In this document: piece after piece, positions 39,019 through 53,088 of the stretch
Layout: every line of letters begins with the position of its first letter
Position numbering within the stretch: position 1 is the stretch's first letter
Assembly: GCA_964016885.1 (NCBI GenBank)
Contig: OZ024740.1
Location: 394,196,001-394,260,000 of the forward strand
From: Eledone cirrhosa
Taxonomy: Eukaryota
Direction: 5' to 3'
Length of the DNA stretch: 64,000 bases
Position numbers and translations under genes: made by a program
The notes under the pieces: generated by a model
The model's database searches: none
Told to the model about the DNA's origin: nothing
Seen by the model: the letters and a program-made list of their open reading frames with translations, nothing else

Positions 39019-40820
39019 GCCTCACTACCTCATTGAAATTAATTAAAAGAGAATTGCCTCCTCAATTCCCTTGGTCCTCACTAATGTTGTAGACGGTTAA
39101 AAATAATAAAAAATAATAATAGAGATTCGAGTAATTTATTGAAGTCGGCCTTTCTGATGCAAATGTTCAGTATCCAGGTCATATGATGCATGATTTAAGT
39201 TATGAATTCAAATAGCATCGAGGCTAAAGGGATTTGTTTCTAAAGAACTTTCGTTTCTTGTCTCTAAAGAAACGAAAATAAAAATCTTATCTTGAAGCTA
39301 CTTGAAAGTTTCCAATGTCTTAATTCATTTATCTTTTGATAACAGATAGGTATTATATTTTAGAGGGAATATATCGATGACGTTTTAAGCTTACCCTTCC
39401 TTTCTTTTCCCCCTCTTTCATGTCTTCCTTCCTTACTTACTTCCCTCCTTCCTTCTTCGCTTTGGTTATTTACTTCTTGTGCAATCGTAAGGGAATTGAT
39501 TTGACATACAGCTTGGACATTCAAAACCTGGTTGAGCTCATCCCTCACCAGATCTCACCATAGCGGCTGTTTTTCTTTTAGAGTGAAAGGGAGAAATTGA
39601 GAGAATGAGGAAAAGAATCAGTGCCAGTAGCCGACTGGTACTTTATCTATCTACACCAATTGAATGAAAGACAAAAGTGATCTCGGCGGGATTTGAACTA
39701 AATGTATTGGATGAACACGGCAAGTTATTCTAATCGACTATCTAATAAAAGCACATTCGACACTTTTAATGCTTCTTGTAGCAGATGGATAGCTCTGAAC
39801 GTGGAACATTGTTTACCGAACTAAAAGTACCTGGGAAAGTATATATTTATAAGTTCATTGAGGGCTGCAGGCTGACAGAATCTAGCGGAATATATGATCG
39901 GAATGTTTAGTTTCAACACTCTAATGTCTTCTTGTAACCAATATAAGCCCTATGAGATTTATGGTTTTTTATAGTCTTCCAAGACCGAGAAAATGTGTAT
40001 AAGGCATAACCTGAGATGGTTCAATTAACTGTATACAGTCTATAGATACAGGTTTGCCCAGTATATTCATGAAATATGGAAATGACTGATGGTTGCGATA
40101 AGGCTTTTCCAAAACATTAATATCACAAACCAATGAGGGAGCCTGTTACTTGGTCTCGTTAGCTGCTAGAAATAACAGCAACGAGATCTCCATTAAAGAA
40201 AACCGCCTTTTCTCTAAAAAGAATATATTCCAGTTTATAGATCGGTAAAATAGCCCTGAAAATAAGATGTGGATAAACCTGGTTTGAATTATTCTAATCA
40301 TTACTTTTTTTGACAGATTTGTTTAGTTGTTAAGAAACAAACATATTTTTTTAGCATTACAATTTAGCTTAAATAATTTCTAATCTGCAATCGAAATTAC
40401 ATTAGCAGTATCTAAATATCTTGAGATTATTCACTTCTATCACTATAGAGTTTTCTTTAGGCAGTACTTTGTGCTAGGTCTTTTATACCTGGCGTCAATA
40501 AGTCAATAGCTTGAAGAAAAAGCAAGAAGATACAACACGAGAGCAGGACTACATATTTTGTGGCACATAGTTACAGCCCATTACAAACTGAATCTAGGTC
40601 CTACCGAGGTTATCTTTGCGTTTCATCCTTACGGGGTCGATGAAATGAAGTCCACACCTTTGGAGAATTTGTTATGCATGTTTTTTTAAAATGTTTAATT
40701 TCTTAGTCTGTGTTTATTTTACACACAAAAACACACACTGTATCGTTCTGTACCATCTTTAATGTTTCCTTAATGTTAGCCCTGTGTGGCTAATAAAGAG
40801 ATTATAATTACTACTACTAC

Positions 40821-41473
40821 TTCCGAGATGCGCGCAGGGCGACGAAACCGCCCTGCACGCACTCGTCCAGTGTCCGAGCATTGCTGACTTGTGGGTTTAT
40901 GTCGAACACCTGCTGTCACGTGTAGGACGGATCCAGCTATCAGCTGAGTCCATCGTGAGGATTGCCCCACCCCTTTCCTTTAGCCGGGAAGGGCAGGCAG
41001 TTTTTATCTGTCTGGTGGCCATGGCGAAAGAGATAGTATGGTGGACACGTTTGAAAGGGCTGAAGACGAGCACTTACCTCTTCGGTGATGCTCTGATTAA
41101 CTTTTTCAAATTTCATTTGAAAAGGAAAATCAGGGTAGAGAGGGAAGTGCTCTCTTCCCAGCATTTTGTTGAAAGATGGGTGAGAGAAGCAAGTATGGCC
41201 CAAGTATGGCCTGAGTATGTGTCTGTAAATTAAAGGTGGAAAACTTGGAGGGCACTTGCCCTGGTGGTCAGAGTCACTGTGGCCTTTTAATGGGCTTTCT
41301 CCACAAATGTCGCTCGGAAGTCTCTCCACTATTGGGAAATTTTTCATTGTTATTTTTTATTACATCCTCTGTTTTTTTTTACACGCAGAAATACCCATTT
41401 GTACCGTCCTGTATTGTCCTGTACTGTCCTTAATGTCTACTTTATGTAAACCCTTGTGGTTAATAAAGAAATC
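40821..41473 (+). mobile_element. Tx1/L1-clade LINE 3' fragment flanked by (TAC)n; a second 3'-end remnant lies just upstream (about 40650-40805)
   Basis: ORF 40889-41233 aligns to the C-terminus of 21160-22278. Both pieces end in G(G/T)G(C/T)TAATAAAGA followed by the microsatellite. Confidence 0.85.
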
Positions 41474-41528
41474 ATTATTACTACTACTACTACTATTATT
41501 ATTATTGTTATTATTATTATCACTATCA

Positions 41529-41708
41529 TTGGATTGGCAGTATCGGTAGAGGGTCGACGCCATGCTTTACAGGAAAGAGTTACGGCCCTCTATGGTCTGA
41601 GTTCAAATCCCGCCGAGGTTAACTTTGCCTTTCATCCTTACGGGAGTTAAGTACCTGTAATACACTCGGATAATTACTGGCCTTGCGCCAAAAGTAGAAA
41701 CAATTATT
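41529..41708 (+). mobile_element. tRNA-derived SINE (family A)
   Basis: A box, B box, family body and ATT tail. Confidence 0.85.
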
Positions 41709-41837
41709 ATTGTGTCGTATTTGGGTTGGGTGGTGGTAGAGTGATGTGTGTCTGACCAACTTAAAACAGTGACGAAAACGGACATTTTAAATGACAAACA
41801 GCATTTCATCTGGACCAGCGTACGGAATGATTGTTGC

Positions 41838-41868
<31 letters not shown>

Positions 41869-42058
41869 GGAGTGGCTGCTGTCGTGGTCCGTGGGTATGG
41901 TGATGTCTTTGGGATCTGACTCTGACTGCCAATATCACCGCTGATCATTTTCGCCTACCTGCCATCTACACCCGAAAAACTACATGACAGTGTGTCGGTG
42001 TGTGTATATATGTATAAATGAGTGCGTGTGTGTATGTGCATGTGTATATATGTGTATG

Positions 42059-42103
<45 letters not shown>

Positions 42104-42600
42104 CTGTGTGTATGCTTGCATGTATATGTATGTGCGTGTTTGTATATATATGGATATATATATGTGTGTATATGTGTATATGCATGTGTATATGTATGTA
42201 TATATGGGCATAAACGCGCGCGCAAGCTTAAAGCATGTGTGGGTGTGCATATGTGTATGTATGTGTGTGGTTGCGAGTATATCTCTCGGTGTCCACGGCG
42301 ATTGGTTAATACCCGTATATGGGGGTGGGGTGTACATCCTTTGGAACGGATTGCAAACAGATGAGATTTTGGTTTTGCTTTATAAACAAATATAATGAGC
42401 AGAATCGGGTATATAACATTAACAGGGATCCTGCAACATCCATCTGTGAAACGGCTGTAACTGTACCTAATCAATAAAGACTTTAATGTGGAACCTCGTG
42501 TTGTTCTTAATATATACACTCCACCATTGCATCGAATGCTGATTTTGGTACCTTCCTCAGTAAACCACGAATCTCCTGAACCGTTTAATATACACATATG

Positions 42601-42653
<53 letters not shown>

Positions 42654-42832
42654 TATATAGTGTTAGAAAACGTTCTATACATATCACGTAATATAAGTAA
42701 AAAGATAATAAAAACATAATTAAAAAAAGAACCTAATATATATATTAAAAAGTTGTACATGTTATAAAGTTACTTCATTTTATATATACACAAGGTATAT
42801 ATATTTTATTATCTTTTTATTATATAAACACA

Positions 42833-42992
<160 letters not shown>

Positions 42993-43022
42993 ATATACAT
43001 ATATATGTTTGTATATATAAAT

Positions 43023-43087
<65 letters not shown>

Positions 43088-43765
43088 AGTTGTGTGAATC
43101 CAACGCCGACAACGACTTGCAGTTTTCTACCGTAAAAAATCACGTCATTTGTCCGGCTAACATGTTCTTTCAGCAATTTTCTTCCATATTCTCTCTTCAA
43201 AACCATACATCCTCTGATATGTGTTAGTTATTATCATTATCTCACTCCCTTACTATTTTTTCGTTCCTTTCCACTCTGTTTTTTTTTCTTTTTATTTTAT
43301 TACTACGCTTTCATTTCTTTGTTTCACCCTCAGAACCTTTCTCTATATATATATCAATCTATCTGCCAATCAATCTCGTTATCAGTTTCTATAAATCTCT
43401 GTCTTTATCAATATATCTTTGTCACGTATCACGATATTTCTAATATCCAGCTTCTGTGTTGATATTGATATCATCAGTCATTACAATTTTTTCTATATTA
43501 TCATTTCCTCATTGCTCACATACTTCCCTATTCCACCCATGTATCTTTTTTTCTCTGTTTTTTTTTTGTTATCCATTATGTATGTACGTTTGTATGTATT
43601 TATGTATTATGTATGTACGTATGTATGTACGTACGTATGTATCTATGTATGTATTTATGTATGTACGTATGTATGTATGTATTTATTATTATGTATGTAC
43701 GTACGTACGTACGTATGTATGTATGTACGTACGTACGTACGTATGTATGTATGTATGTATGTATG

Positions 43766-43796
<31 letters not shown>

Positions 43797-43847
43797 GCAT
43801 GCATGTATGTAAGCATGCATGTATGTATGTATGTACGTGTGTATGTA

Positions 43848-44266
43848 TTTCAATGGAAAACGGAGTCAAGCAAGGTGATATAACTGCACCCACTCTGTTC
43901 TCCATCTACTTTGCCGTGCTGCTGACATATGCATTCCAAGACTTTGATATCGGTGTATACTTGCGAATTGGAACCTCTGGCTGTAAAGTCTTTAATCTGA
44001 GACGGTTTAACACCAAGTCCAAAATATTTAGCACTCTTGTTAGAGTGTTCCTCTATGCTGCTAATGCAGATTTTGAGGCTCATACCGTAGAGGACATTCA
44101 GTTGATATTCGACACCTTCTCCAATGCATGCACTAGATAGTCCAGTGTCACATTTGTGAACTTATCTACAAAACAAAACCGGGTCTGAAAAGTCCCCTGC
44201 CTGCACATGATCGTGCAATGTTCAATGAAGGAATGAGCTTCTTCTGACAAGAAGTAGCGGTCAGCA
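43848..44266 (+). mobile_element. Internally deleted RTE LINE (RT motif fragment fused to zinc-finger 3' end) inside (TATG)n
   Basis: NGVKQGDITAPTLFSIYF...VFNLRRF...FLYAANA (decayed YADD) is joined to CHIC..KTKPGLKS and a (TATG)n tail. Confidence 0.8.
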
Positions 44267-44329
44267 TGTATGTATGTATGTATGTATGTATGTATGTATG
44301 TATGTATGTATGTATGTATGTATGTATGT

Positions 44330-45995
44330 ATGGTATCCAATGATGTTGACTTGTTCTTCTTTTTGGTAAATATCATCTTGGTTAAGAGAGTGGGACTGGC
44401 TTTGTGCAGTGCCTTTGCTCACTATAAAAGCTTCACGGCACAGGCATTGCTTTATATCTGGAGATCTCTCTGCACTTGTCGTCACGTAGTACCATGGGCC
44501 CAGCACTATGTGTTAATAATTGTCGCAAGTGTAGTGTTTGTACCAGAGTTTTCAAGTCGCTGGCTGGACTAAAAAGTCACATTCGTTCAGCGCATCGGTA
44601 GGGTTTCTCCTACATGGATATAAAGTAGTGGCCGTACTCGAAAACGAGTTGGCAGCCACCGTGTATGTATGTATGTATGTATGTTTGTATGTATGTATGT
44701 ATGTATGTATGTATGTATGTATGTATCCCAGTACAACCTGTCTCATGGTCGGGTCGTTGGCGACTAAACTGGCAACCCCACCAAGGTTTCTTGGTGAGGA
44801 GGGTGACTTTGGACATCCTGCAGGACTAAAAACAAAACCTGTCAAAGGGCAAAGGAGCTCTTAAGAGTCAATGGCCATCCAAAATCACCGGGAGAAATGA
44901 CCCCTTAGCCTTTGTCAAGGCAGAATTCTAGGAGAAGGAACACTCTGATATAACACCTGTAACCCTGATGGTATCCAATGATGTTGACTTGTTCTTCTTT
45001 TTGGTAAATATCATCTTGATTAAGAGAGTGGGACTGGCTTTGTGCAGTGCCTTTGCTTACTATAAAAGCTTCACGACACAGGCATTGCTTTATATCTGGA
45101 GATCTCTCTGCACTTGTCGTCACATGGTACCATGGGCCCAGCACTATGTGTCAATAATTGTCACAAGTGTAGTGTTTGTACCAGAGTTCTCAAGTCGCTG
45201 GCTTGACTAAAAAGTCACACTCGTTCAGCCCATCGGTAGGGGTTCTCCTACATGGATATAAAGTAGTGGCCGTACTCGAAAACGAGTTGGCAGCCACCAT
45301 GTATGTATGTATGTACGTACGTACGTACGTACGTACGTACGTATGTATGTATGTATGTATGTATGTATGTATGTATGTATGTATGTATGTCAGGTCACCA
45401 GTTGGTGCTACTGGTAACATGTATCCCAGTACAACCTGTCTCATGGTCGGGTCGTTGGCGACTAAACTGGCAACCCCACCAAGGTTTCTTGGTGAGGAGG
45501 GTGACTTTGGACATCCTGCAGGACTAAAAACAAAACCTGTCAAAGGGCAAAGGAGCTCTTAAGAGTCAATGGCCATCCAAAATCACCGGGAGAGATGACC
45601 CCTTAGCCTTTGTCAAGGCAGAATTCTAGGAGAAGGAAAACTCTGATATAACACCTGCAACCCTGATGGTATCCAATGATGTTGACTTGTTCTTCTTTTT
45701 GGTAAATATCATCTTGGTTAAGAGAGTGGGACTGGCTTTGTGCAGTGCCTTTGCTCACTATAAAAGCTTCACGGCACAGGCATTGCTTTATATCTGGAGA
45801 TCTCTGCACTTGTCGTCACAGGGTACCATGGGCCCAGCACTATGTGTCAATAATTGTCACAAGTGTAGTGTTTGTACCAGAGTTTTCAAGTCGCTGGCTG
45901 GAATAAAAAGTCACATTCGTTCAGCGCATCGGTAGGGGTTCTCCTACATGGATATAAAGTAGTGGCCGTACTCGAAAACGAGTTGGCAGCCACCA
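44330..45995 (+). mobile_element. Head-to-tail array of three RTE-derived elements (44330-44661, 44725-45299, 45389-45995) separated by (TATG)n
   Basis: High identity to 2432-3043, with different 5' truncation points and a shared 3' end. Confidence 0.88.
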
Positions 45996-46025
45996 TGTAT
46001 GTATGTATATATGTATGTATGTATG

Positions 46026-46071
<46 letters not shown>

Positions 46072-46342
46072 CCTTTCTATCTCTCTATCTCTCTATCTCT
46101 CTATCTATCTCTCTCTTGAGTAAAATGACAGGATGCTGGACTGGTGAAATTCCTTCAAAGATATATTACAAACACTCTACACATTTCAATGACCAGGTTC
46201 CGTAGGATCCTGGGGACATGATCACGTATTAATTGTATAAAAGTTATCTAATAAAGGAATATAATAATGGTAGACACAATACAAGAGGCTGAAAATTAGA
46301 GAGAAATGTTTAAGACCCGAAGGCAGCCAGAGCTAAATGTGT

Positions 46343-46373
<31 letters not shown>

Positions 46374-46383
46374 CACATACGGG

Positions 46384-46469
<86 letters not shown>

Positions 46470-46508
46470 ATGTATGTGTGTATCTGGATGTATGTGTATG
46501 TATATATA

Positions 46509-46544
<36 letters not shown>

Positions 46545-47023
46545 CATATATGTGTGTGTGTATGTGTATATATGTGTGTGTGTGTATGTGTGTATGTATA
46601 TGTATGTGTGTGTGTATGTATGTGTGTATATGTATATATATGTATATATATATATGTATATGTATATGTATATGTATGTATGTGTGGATGAAGGTATGTG
46701 TGTATATATAGGTGTAAGTGCACTAAATCCCTTTCTATCACGCTCCACTCTCCTACCCATCACAGGAAGATATGTGTATGTATATTGCTTCCACCCCCTC
46801 ACTGACCAGCAGCTGGCCAGTTGGTGATTGCTAAATCTGACCTTTATAAAATAACCCACACCCCAAATAACTTCTCATTCACTACCAGAAAGGGACACAG
46901 CAGTCAACCCGTTGTTGCTACCTAGATGAAAACTGCTATGAAATCCCACAATGAATTTTATACTTGAATTTTCAAGTCTCAAATTTTAACTCTTCGTATT
47001 ATTAATTTTTCTTAATATTAATC

Positions 47024-47071
47024 AACATTTGAAAAGATGGCTTTTGCAGACCCATCGAAACCGGTCATTTT
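47024..47071 (+). ncRNA. Minimal type I hammerhead motif, U3-A8 covariant core
   Basis: AACAT-TTGAAAA-GATGG-cttttgcagac-CCATC-GAA-ACCGGT-C-ATTTT. Perfect stem II, palindromic stem III, GUC site, weak stem I. Confidence 0.6.
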
Positions 47072-47171
47072 TTATACCCTTTATTATTTCCTTACCTTAT
47101 AAAATTATGTTTTTTCACAAAAAAGTATTCTGTCTCTTATATATTCCATGTGCCATTACCAACCTCAATTT

Positions 47172-47232
<61 letters not shown>

Positions 47233-47952
47233 AGAGTTGGATTTATTATTAAGAAAAAGTTTATACTTAGGGAGAAGCGTGAGGCTTTCATCCCCAACAA
47301 AAAGACCAGATTTACTATGTTGTAAATGGTACAGCTTATCCTAATTCCAACAGAAGAGGATCTCTCAGTAAATGAGAAAATAATCCACATTGATGTACGA
47401 CAATAATAGTAATGATAATAATAAAAGCCTACGACTAATAAATATTATCGTAGTGAAAAGGTTACTAATATATTTTAAACAAAAATGGAATCTGGTAACT
47501 ATTATATAGAGCAACCTTAATGACTCACTTTCTTGTCAGTGATGGTGTGTGATAGATGGTTTGTGTTTTGATGTAACTATTGTAATGCACAGGCACAACA
47601 ATCCCGAGTAACATTCATTGTCATAAACATATACGTTATTACAATTCTCATATATATTAATTTCTTTCTCATTTATTATGTTTTGGTTAGCCTATTTTAA
47701 CGTGTTATTTAACCTAAAGTAATAAGTCTCTTAATTTCTAGTTTAAAAATTTATTTTATATTAACATGAAGGAGCAGTTATTTTAAGCAGATAAACATTG
47801 TGTTGCTAAAGTACAAATTAGTTAAATAGGATGTGAATTACAGACCTATCAACTATCCCTGTCCGACGGGGAGATCTCCCACCCACTTTGGGGTGGGTAA
47901 GAGATGCCTTCTCTTATGAAAATAGGTATAACTTCCATTATGTAAAACCTCT

Positions 47953-48135
47953 AGGGCGGTGGATTGGCATTATCGGTAGAGAGTCGGACGCCATGTTTTC
48001 CAGCATAATTACGTCCCTTTACGGTCTGAGTTCAAATCCCGCTGAGGTTCACTTTGCCTTACGGGGTCGATAAAATAAAGTACCAGTAATGTACTGGCTA
48101 ATTGCTGGCCTTGTGCCAAAAAATTAGAAACAATT
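47953..48135 (+). mobile_element. Full-length SINE (family A) with 15-bp target-site duplication
   Basis: ATTATGTAAAACCTC occurs at 47937-47951 and 48133-48147. Confidence 0.88.
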
Positions 48136-50497
48136 ATGTAAAACCTCCCCATTTTGCCTCATTTCTCCCCGTTTGAGTTTTTTCATGGTTCTCACCGTTT
48201 AGGTTTTTAGAGGTTGGCAGGTCTGGAATTATCCTACTCCTTTCAGTAGAAGCATATCGAAAATCACCAAAGAAACAACTATATTGCAACAGCATAAGCT
48301 TGATGCCTTGTCTGAGTTGTAAGCAAATTTATTATGCCACTCTAGGTTTGAGAACAAACAAAAAAACCTAAAAAAAAAAGACTAATGTCAAAATTTATTA
48401 AATTATAATTTAAGTTATAAGCAACAATGAGTATTATTTGTCGGCTTTGTAATGAAATGTAACTTTAAGATTAGAAACCAGTGAAATAGCAGTTGCTTTG
48501 CTTCACATAATATAAATATTTTTTCCTACCATTTTTTTTTTTTTAGTAGAATAATTTTCCCTACAGTATCTCTAGGCAGAATCATTTTCAATAGACTTTT
48601 GTGTTTGCTTTTTTATTTTATAACAGATTATTTTTATTAATGAGTTTAAATGTGTTGAAAATTTGCATTTTATCCGGTTGCTCTTGTTAAAAGGAAATAA
48701 TTTACATATATTTTTTGCTGATATTTAATATTAGAGAAATGAAATTAGAAAATATGACAGATTATAGGGACTTGTCGGAGAGTCAGAAAAATGAAGGGCC
48801 GACAACGAAGCTTTGTTCTGCGTTGGTTAGGGCATGTGTTGGACTTAACGCGTGTCTTTCTCTGTCGATTATTATATCGCAATCACATACAAGATTTCAG
48901 TGATAATGTGAATGTGTTCATAAAATCACATGAATAAATAAATCTAAAAAGGATGTGGGTAATCCGATTGTCGTAACACTGAGTATTTGAATCGGTCCCA
49001 CAATTATATTCACAAATATTTGTTTCACATAAACGACATCCTTCTTTGACAAATTGCCGTTATTGTTATTTAGCCATATGTCAGACGTGATGGAGTAAAC
49101 TTGCCACTAAAAGAATTCCAGTAGTGGCCTCTCACGCTTTCAAGAGGATGATTGTGGTTTGCATGAGATATGATCTCTATTTTTAGCAGAACAAGTGATT
49201 ACAGGTAGCGTTTCATTCCTTGGCAAACTCGTTCTGTTGCGTGTCCTTTTGCTTTTACATAGTACTATCTCATTACTTTGTACATATTTCTGCTTGAATC
49301 TATTGCTAAACACGCACACAAAATTGTATATATATATATATTTATATGTGTGTGTGTTGCGTATGCACACACACACGCGCGCGCATTCTCTTTCTCTCAC
49401 ACACACACATATATACATGCATTGGTATATATATATATAGATATATATTCGCAACCTATACTGTTGAATCATTAAATGAATTTGCGTGTTTATTCATGCA
49501 AGCTTAAATGAATATAGTAAGTAAATATGTATACGCACGTATGTATACTGATATGTACAACAAATATACATCTATATGAGTTATGTGTGAGTATGTTGGT
49601 GTCTACATATGTATCTACACACACATATTTACACACGTACACAGACACTGATTCACAGATATATATTTTGCATATTCAAACTTACACCAAAGCCTAGAGA
49701 GATTGATAGTTAAATAAAATGACTGTTATATATCTATTCTGGATACATATATGTGATTGTGGAAATATAGCTATACAGATAATTAATGTTTGTTTTTACT
49801 CAAACATGTTTATGAAGAAAGGTAGATAGAGAGTGAAAAGGCATAAGGTCATACATGCATACACAGCTATACATGCATACACCCACAAACACAACTACAC
49901 ACACAAATATATATTTATATATAAGTATAAAGAATGTACTCAAGCGCAGAAGTGCTATAAAGATAGCTTATAGAATGGGGTGAAGCCCCTTAAAAGAGGA
50001 CGCACACATACGCACACACGCACACACGCACACACGCATATATATGTGTATAAAATTAGTCCTTCATCAGTGATCTTCCAGCCTTCATTGGTATTTCATC
50101 GCTTTAAAGATCATATACCTCTGGTTGGTGCGAGCAACGGCTAAAGAAAGTCGTTGGGACGCGTAAATAGGGGAAACGAGCGAGACAGTAAACAAAGAAA
50201 GATGGTAATGCAACGAAAAGTGAGGAAGGAGTCAAATATATATATATATATAATATTCAGGATACTATTTATGGTTATGTATATACTAAAACTTTTTATA
50301 GTTATATATATTTTAAACCCTAAACAGTGAAGGTCAGTAATTTATTACTACATTATTACCAGTAAGATAAATAGCTCAATATATAATAAATCAGGAAAGA
50401 AGAGTGACACGGTTTGCTATACAAAAAAGGTTTTTAATCTCATTGCTGACAATTGTTTCTCTGAACTTTTTATTTGTTTCTTTTAATTTGTTACCCC

Positions 50498-50530
<33 letters not shown>

Positions 50531-50632
50531 TATCAAAATATATTCATTATGTATGATAACTGTGTTTCTCTTTAAATAAGCTCAATGAACCTTAGTGCAG
50601 AGCATCAATAATTCAAATATAAAAGATATATT

Positions 50633-50690
<58 letters not shown>

Positions 50691-51454
50691 GAGAGTGAGA
50701 TAGAGAGAGAGAGAGAGAGCGCGAGAGAGAGAGAGAAAGAGAATCATATACCATTTGAGAGAAACAGTATTTCGTACACATAGTATTTTGTACACATACA
50801 GAAGACGTCCAGTCCTATTTATATCTGCCCTCGTCATTAAGCATTTATCGGCACCACGCGGTTTGAAACTCATTCAGACTCACGCCTCTCAACAGATATA
50901 AGGGTATTTAGTACAGTGTGAGACATTTGGAAACACTATTCCTCTGATGAGTAGCTCCCTGCTTTCCGTTGGCCTTTACCGAAATCGATAATTGGTAATC
51001 AATAATCGATTACTTGGATAGATTTCCACTTGGCTAACGTCTCTTGGAGTTGTGAAACAGTACTGTGAGGAATATTGCTTTTTCCACCTAGGTATGTATA
51101 TATTTTTTCTGAATATTATTTGTATTAAATATGTGTACAAAATGGTATATGTTTTTCAAAAGATATAGATATATCTTTTGAATTCGAATATATATATATA
51201 TGTATTAGAAAGTGAGGTTCTTTTTTACAAAATGAAAAATAACCGAGGTGTCCTACACGAGTGAAAGTTTAAAGAAAAAAAGATGAAATCGAAAATGCAA
51301 CTGGAATCTTATTTTAAAAAAATATATATATTTATTTGGTTCCTTTACCGGTTTCACAGTTCTTCTGCTTTTCAAAAGTAGAGTTGGGATGGAGGGTCTG
51401 TGGTTTTTCTCACATCTCTCTCTCTATATATATATATATATAAGTATAGAACTA

Positions 51455-51917
51455 TGTATACGTACATACATATATGTATGTACGTATACATACATATATA
51501 CTTATATTTAATTATCAGCCGTACTAAGAGTGAGAAATGAAATTAGGCTGCTCAGCCGTTAATATGCATCAGGAAAGTATATACTTTCAAACGTTCAATC
51601 ATCTGACAGGAAGGTATACGATGCTGACGATAGTTAATAAGCTTGAAACTAGTTAATCGTTCCTTTGTCAGTGTTGAACAAAAGGGCAACGATGGTTGCC
51701 GAACACTGTACGGCTTAATTCGGGCTGTTTGTTTACAAACAAACCGAGCAATATAATAAATGTTCAGGTAAACCCATACGTACATATGTGTGCATGTATG
51801 TATATATATACATACTACTATACGTCTGTATACATATATGTATGTACGTATACATACTTCTATACTTATATTTAAGTATCAGCCGTACTAAGAGTGAGAA
51901 ATGAAATTTCGTTTCAT

Positions 51918-51925
<8 letters not shown>
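51455..51925 (+). mobile_element. Retrozyme-like unit, diverged copy (period 364 bp) with hammerhead at 51618-51660
   Basis: Homologous to 52899-53355. The terminal ~85 bp is directly repeated, and about 63 bp is missing between AAATT microhomologies. Confidence 0.75.
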
Positions 51926-51980
<55 letters not shown>

Positions 51981-51990
<10 letters not shown>

Positions 51991-52326
51991 TAAACGGAAA
52001 AGAAAATGCTGACAATTTGTTCACAGTGAAAAATAGTTTAATTAGGAATAAGTGAGAATTAGTAATAGTATTGGTTAGTATTCAGTTTTTGTTTTAAGTT
52101 TTACCGGTTGCGCATTTCTAATGCTTTTCAAAAATAATTTTGAGATAGAGCGTCCGTGATGTTTGCTCTAATCTTTTTGAAAAGCATTAGAAATGCGCAA
52201 CCGGTAAAACTTAAAACCAAAACTGAATACTAACCAATACTATTACTAATTCTCACTTATTCCTAATTAAACTATTTTTCACTGTGAACAAATTGTCAGC
52301 AATTTCTTTTCCGTTTACCAATATAT
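51981..52326. repeat. Fold-back palindrome (~150-bp arms) in (TA)n with a degenerate hammerhead in each arm
   Basis: Arms are nearly identical. Each reads TTGAAAA-GCATT-aga-AATGC-GCA-ACCGGT-A, with GCAA in place of GAAA. Confidence 0.9.
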
Positions 52327-52356
52327 CATAACTTGTGTGTTACACCTCTATTCTTT

Positions 52357-52458
<102 letters not shown>

Positions 52459-52670
52459 TTTAATATAAGTATGTATACATACATGCATATATGTATACAG
52501 ACGTACAGTAGTATGTATATATATATACATACATGCACACATATATATATGTACGTATGGATTCACCGAATGTTTATTATAATGCTCGGTGTGTTTGTAA
52601 ACAAACATCCCGTATTAAGCCGTAGTGTCTAGCAACCATCGTTGTTCGTTTGTTCAACACTGACAAAGGA

Positions 52671-52713
52671 ACGCTGTACTAGTTTCAAGCTTATTAGCTA
52701 TCGTCAGCAACGT
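52671..52713 (-). ncRNA. Type I hammerhead ribozyme motif (mirror of 53046-53088)
   Basis: Exact reverse complement of the + copy. Confidence 0.8.
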
Positions 52714-53045
52714 ATACCTTCCTGCCAGATGATTGAACGTCTGAAAGTATATACTTTCCTTATGCATATTAACGGCTGAGCAGCCTAATTTGCATATCGA
52801 GTGGGTTAATCGGCCGGGTGCACCGAAAACGATAAACGGAAAAAATGAAACGAAATTTCATTTCCCACTCTTAGTACAGCTGTTACATAAATATAAGTAT
52901 GAAATTTCGTTTCATTTTTCCGTTTATCGTTTTCGGTGCACCCGGCCGATTAACCCACTCGATATGCAAATTAGGCTACTCAGCCGTTAATATGCATAAG
53001 GTAAGTATATACTTTCAGATGTTCAACAATCTGGCAGGAAGGTAT

Positions 53046-53088
53046 ACGTTGCTGACGATAGCTAATAAGCTTGAAACTAGTACAGCGT
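53046..53088 (+). ncRNA. Type I hammerhead ribozyme motif
   Basis: ACGTTG-CTGACGA-t-AGCT-aata-AGCT-t-GAA-ACTAGT-A-CAGCGT. Stem I is 6 bp, the core is canonical, stem III is palindromic, and cleavage is predicted after GUA (A53082). Confidence 0.8.

Noticed and set aside
44330-45995. CRISPR-like repeat/spacer arrangement
   Set aside because: The units are homologous retroelement copies separated by microsatellite, in a eukaryotic context with no cas genes.
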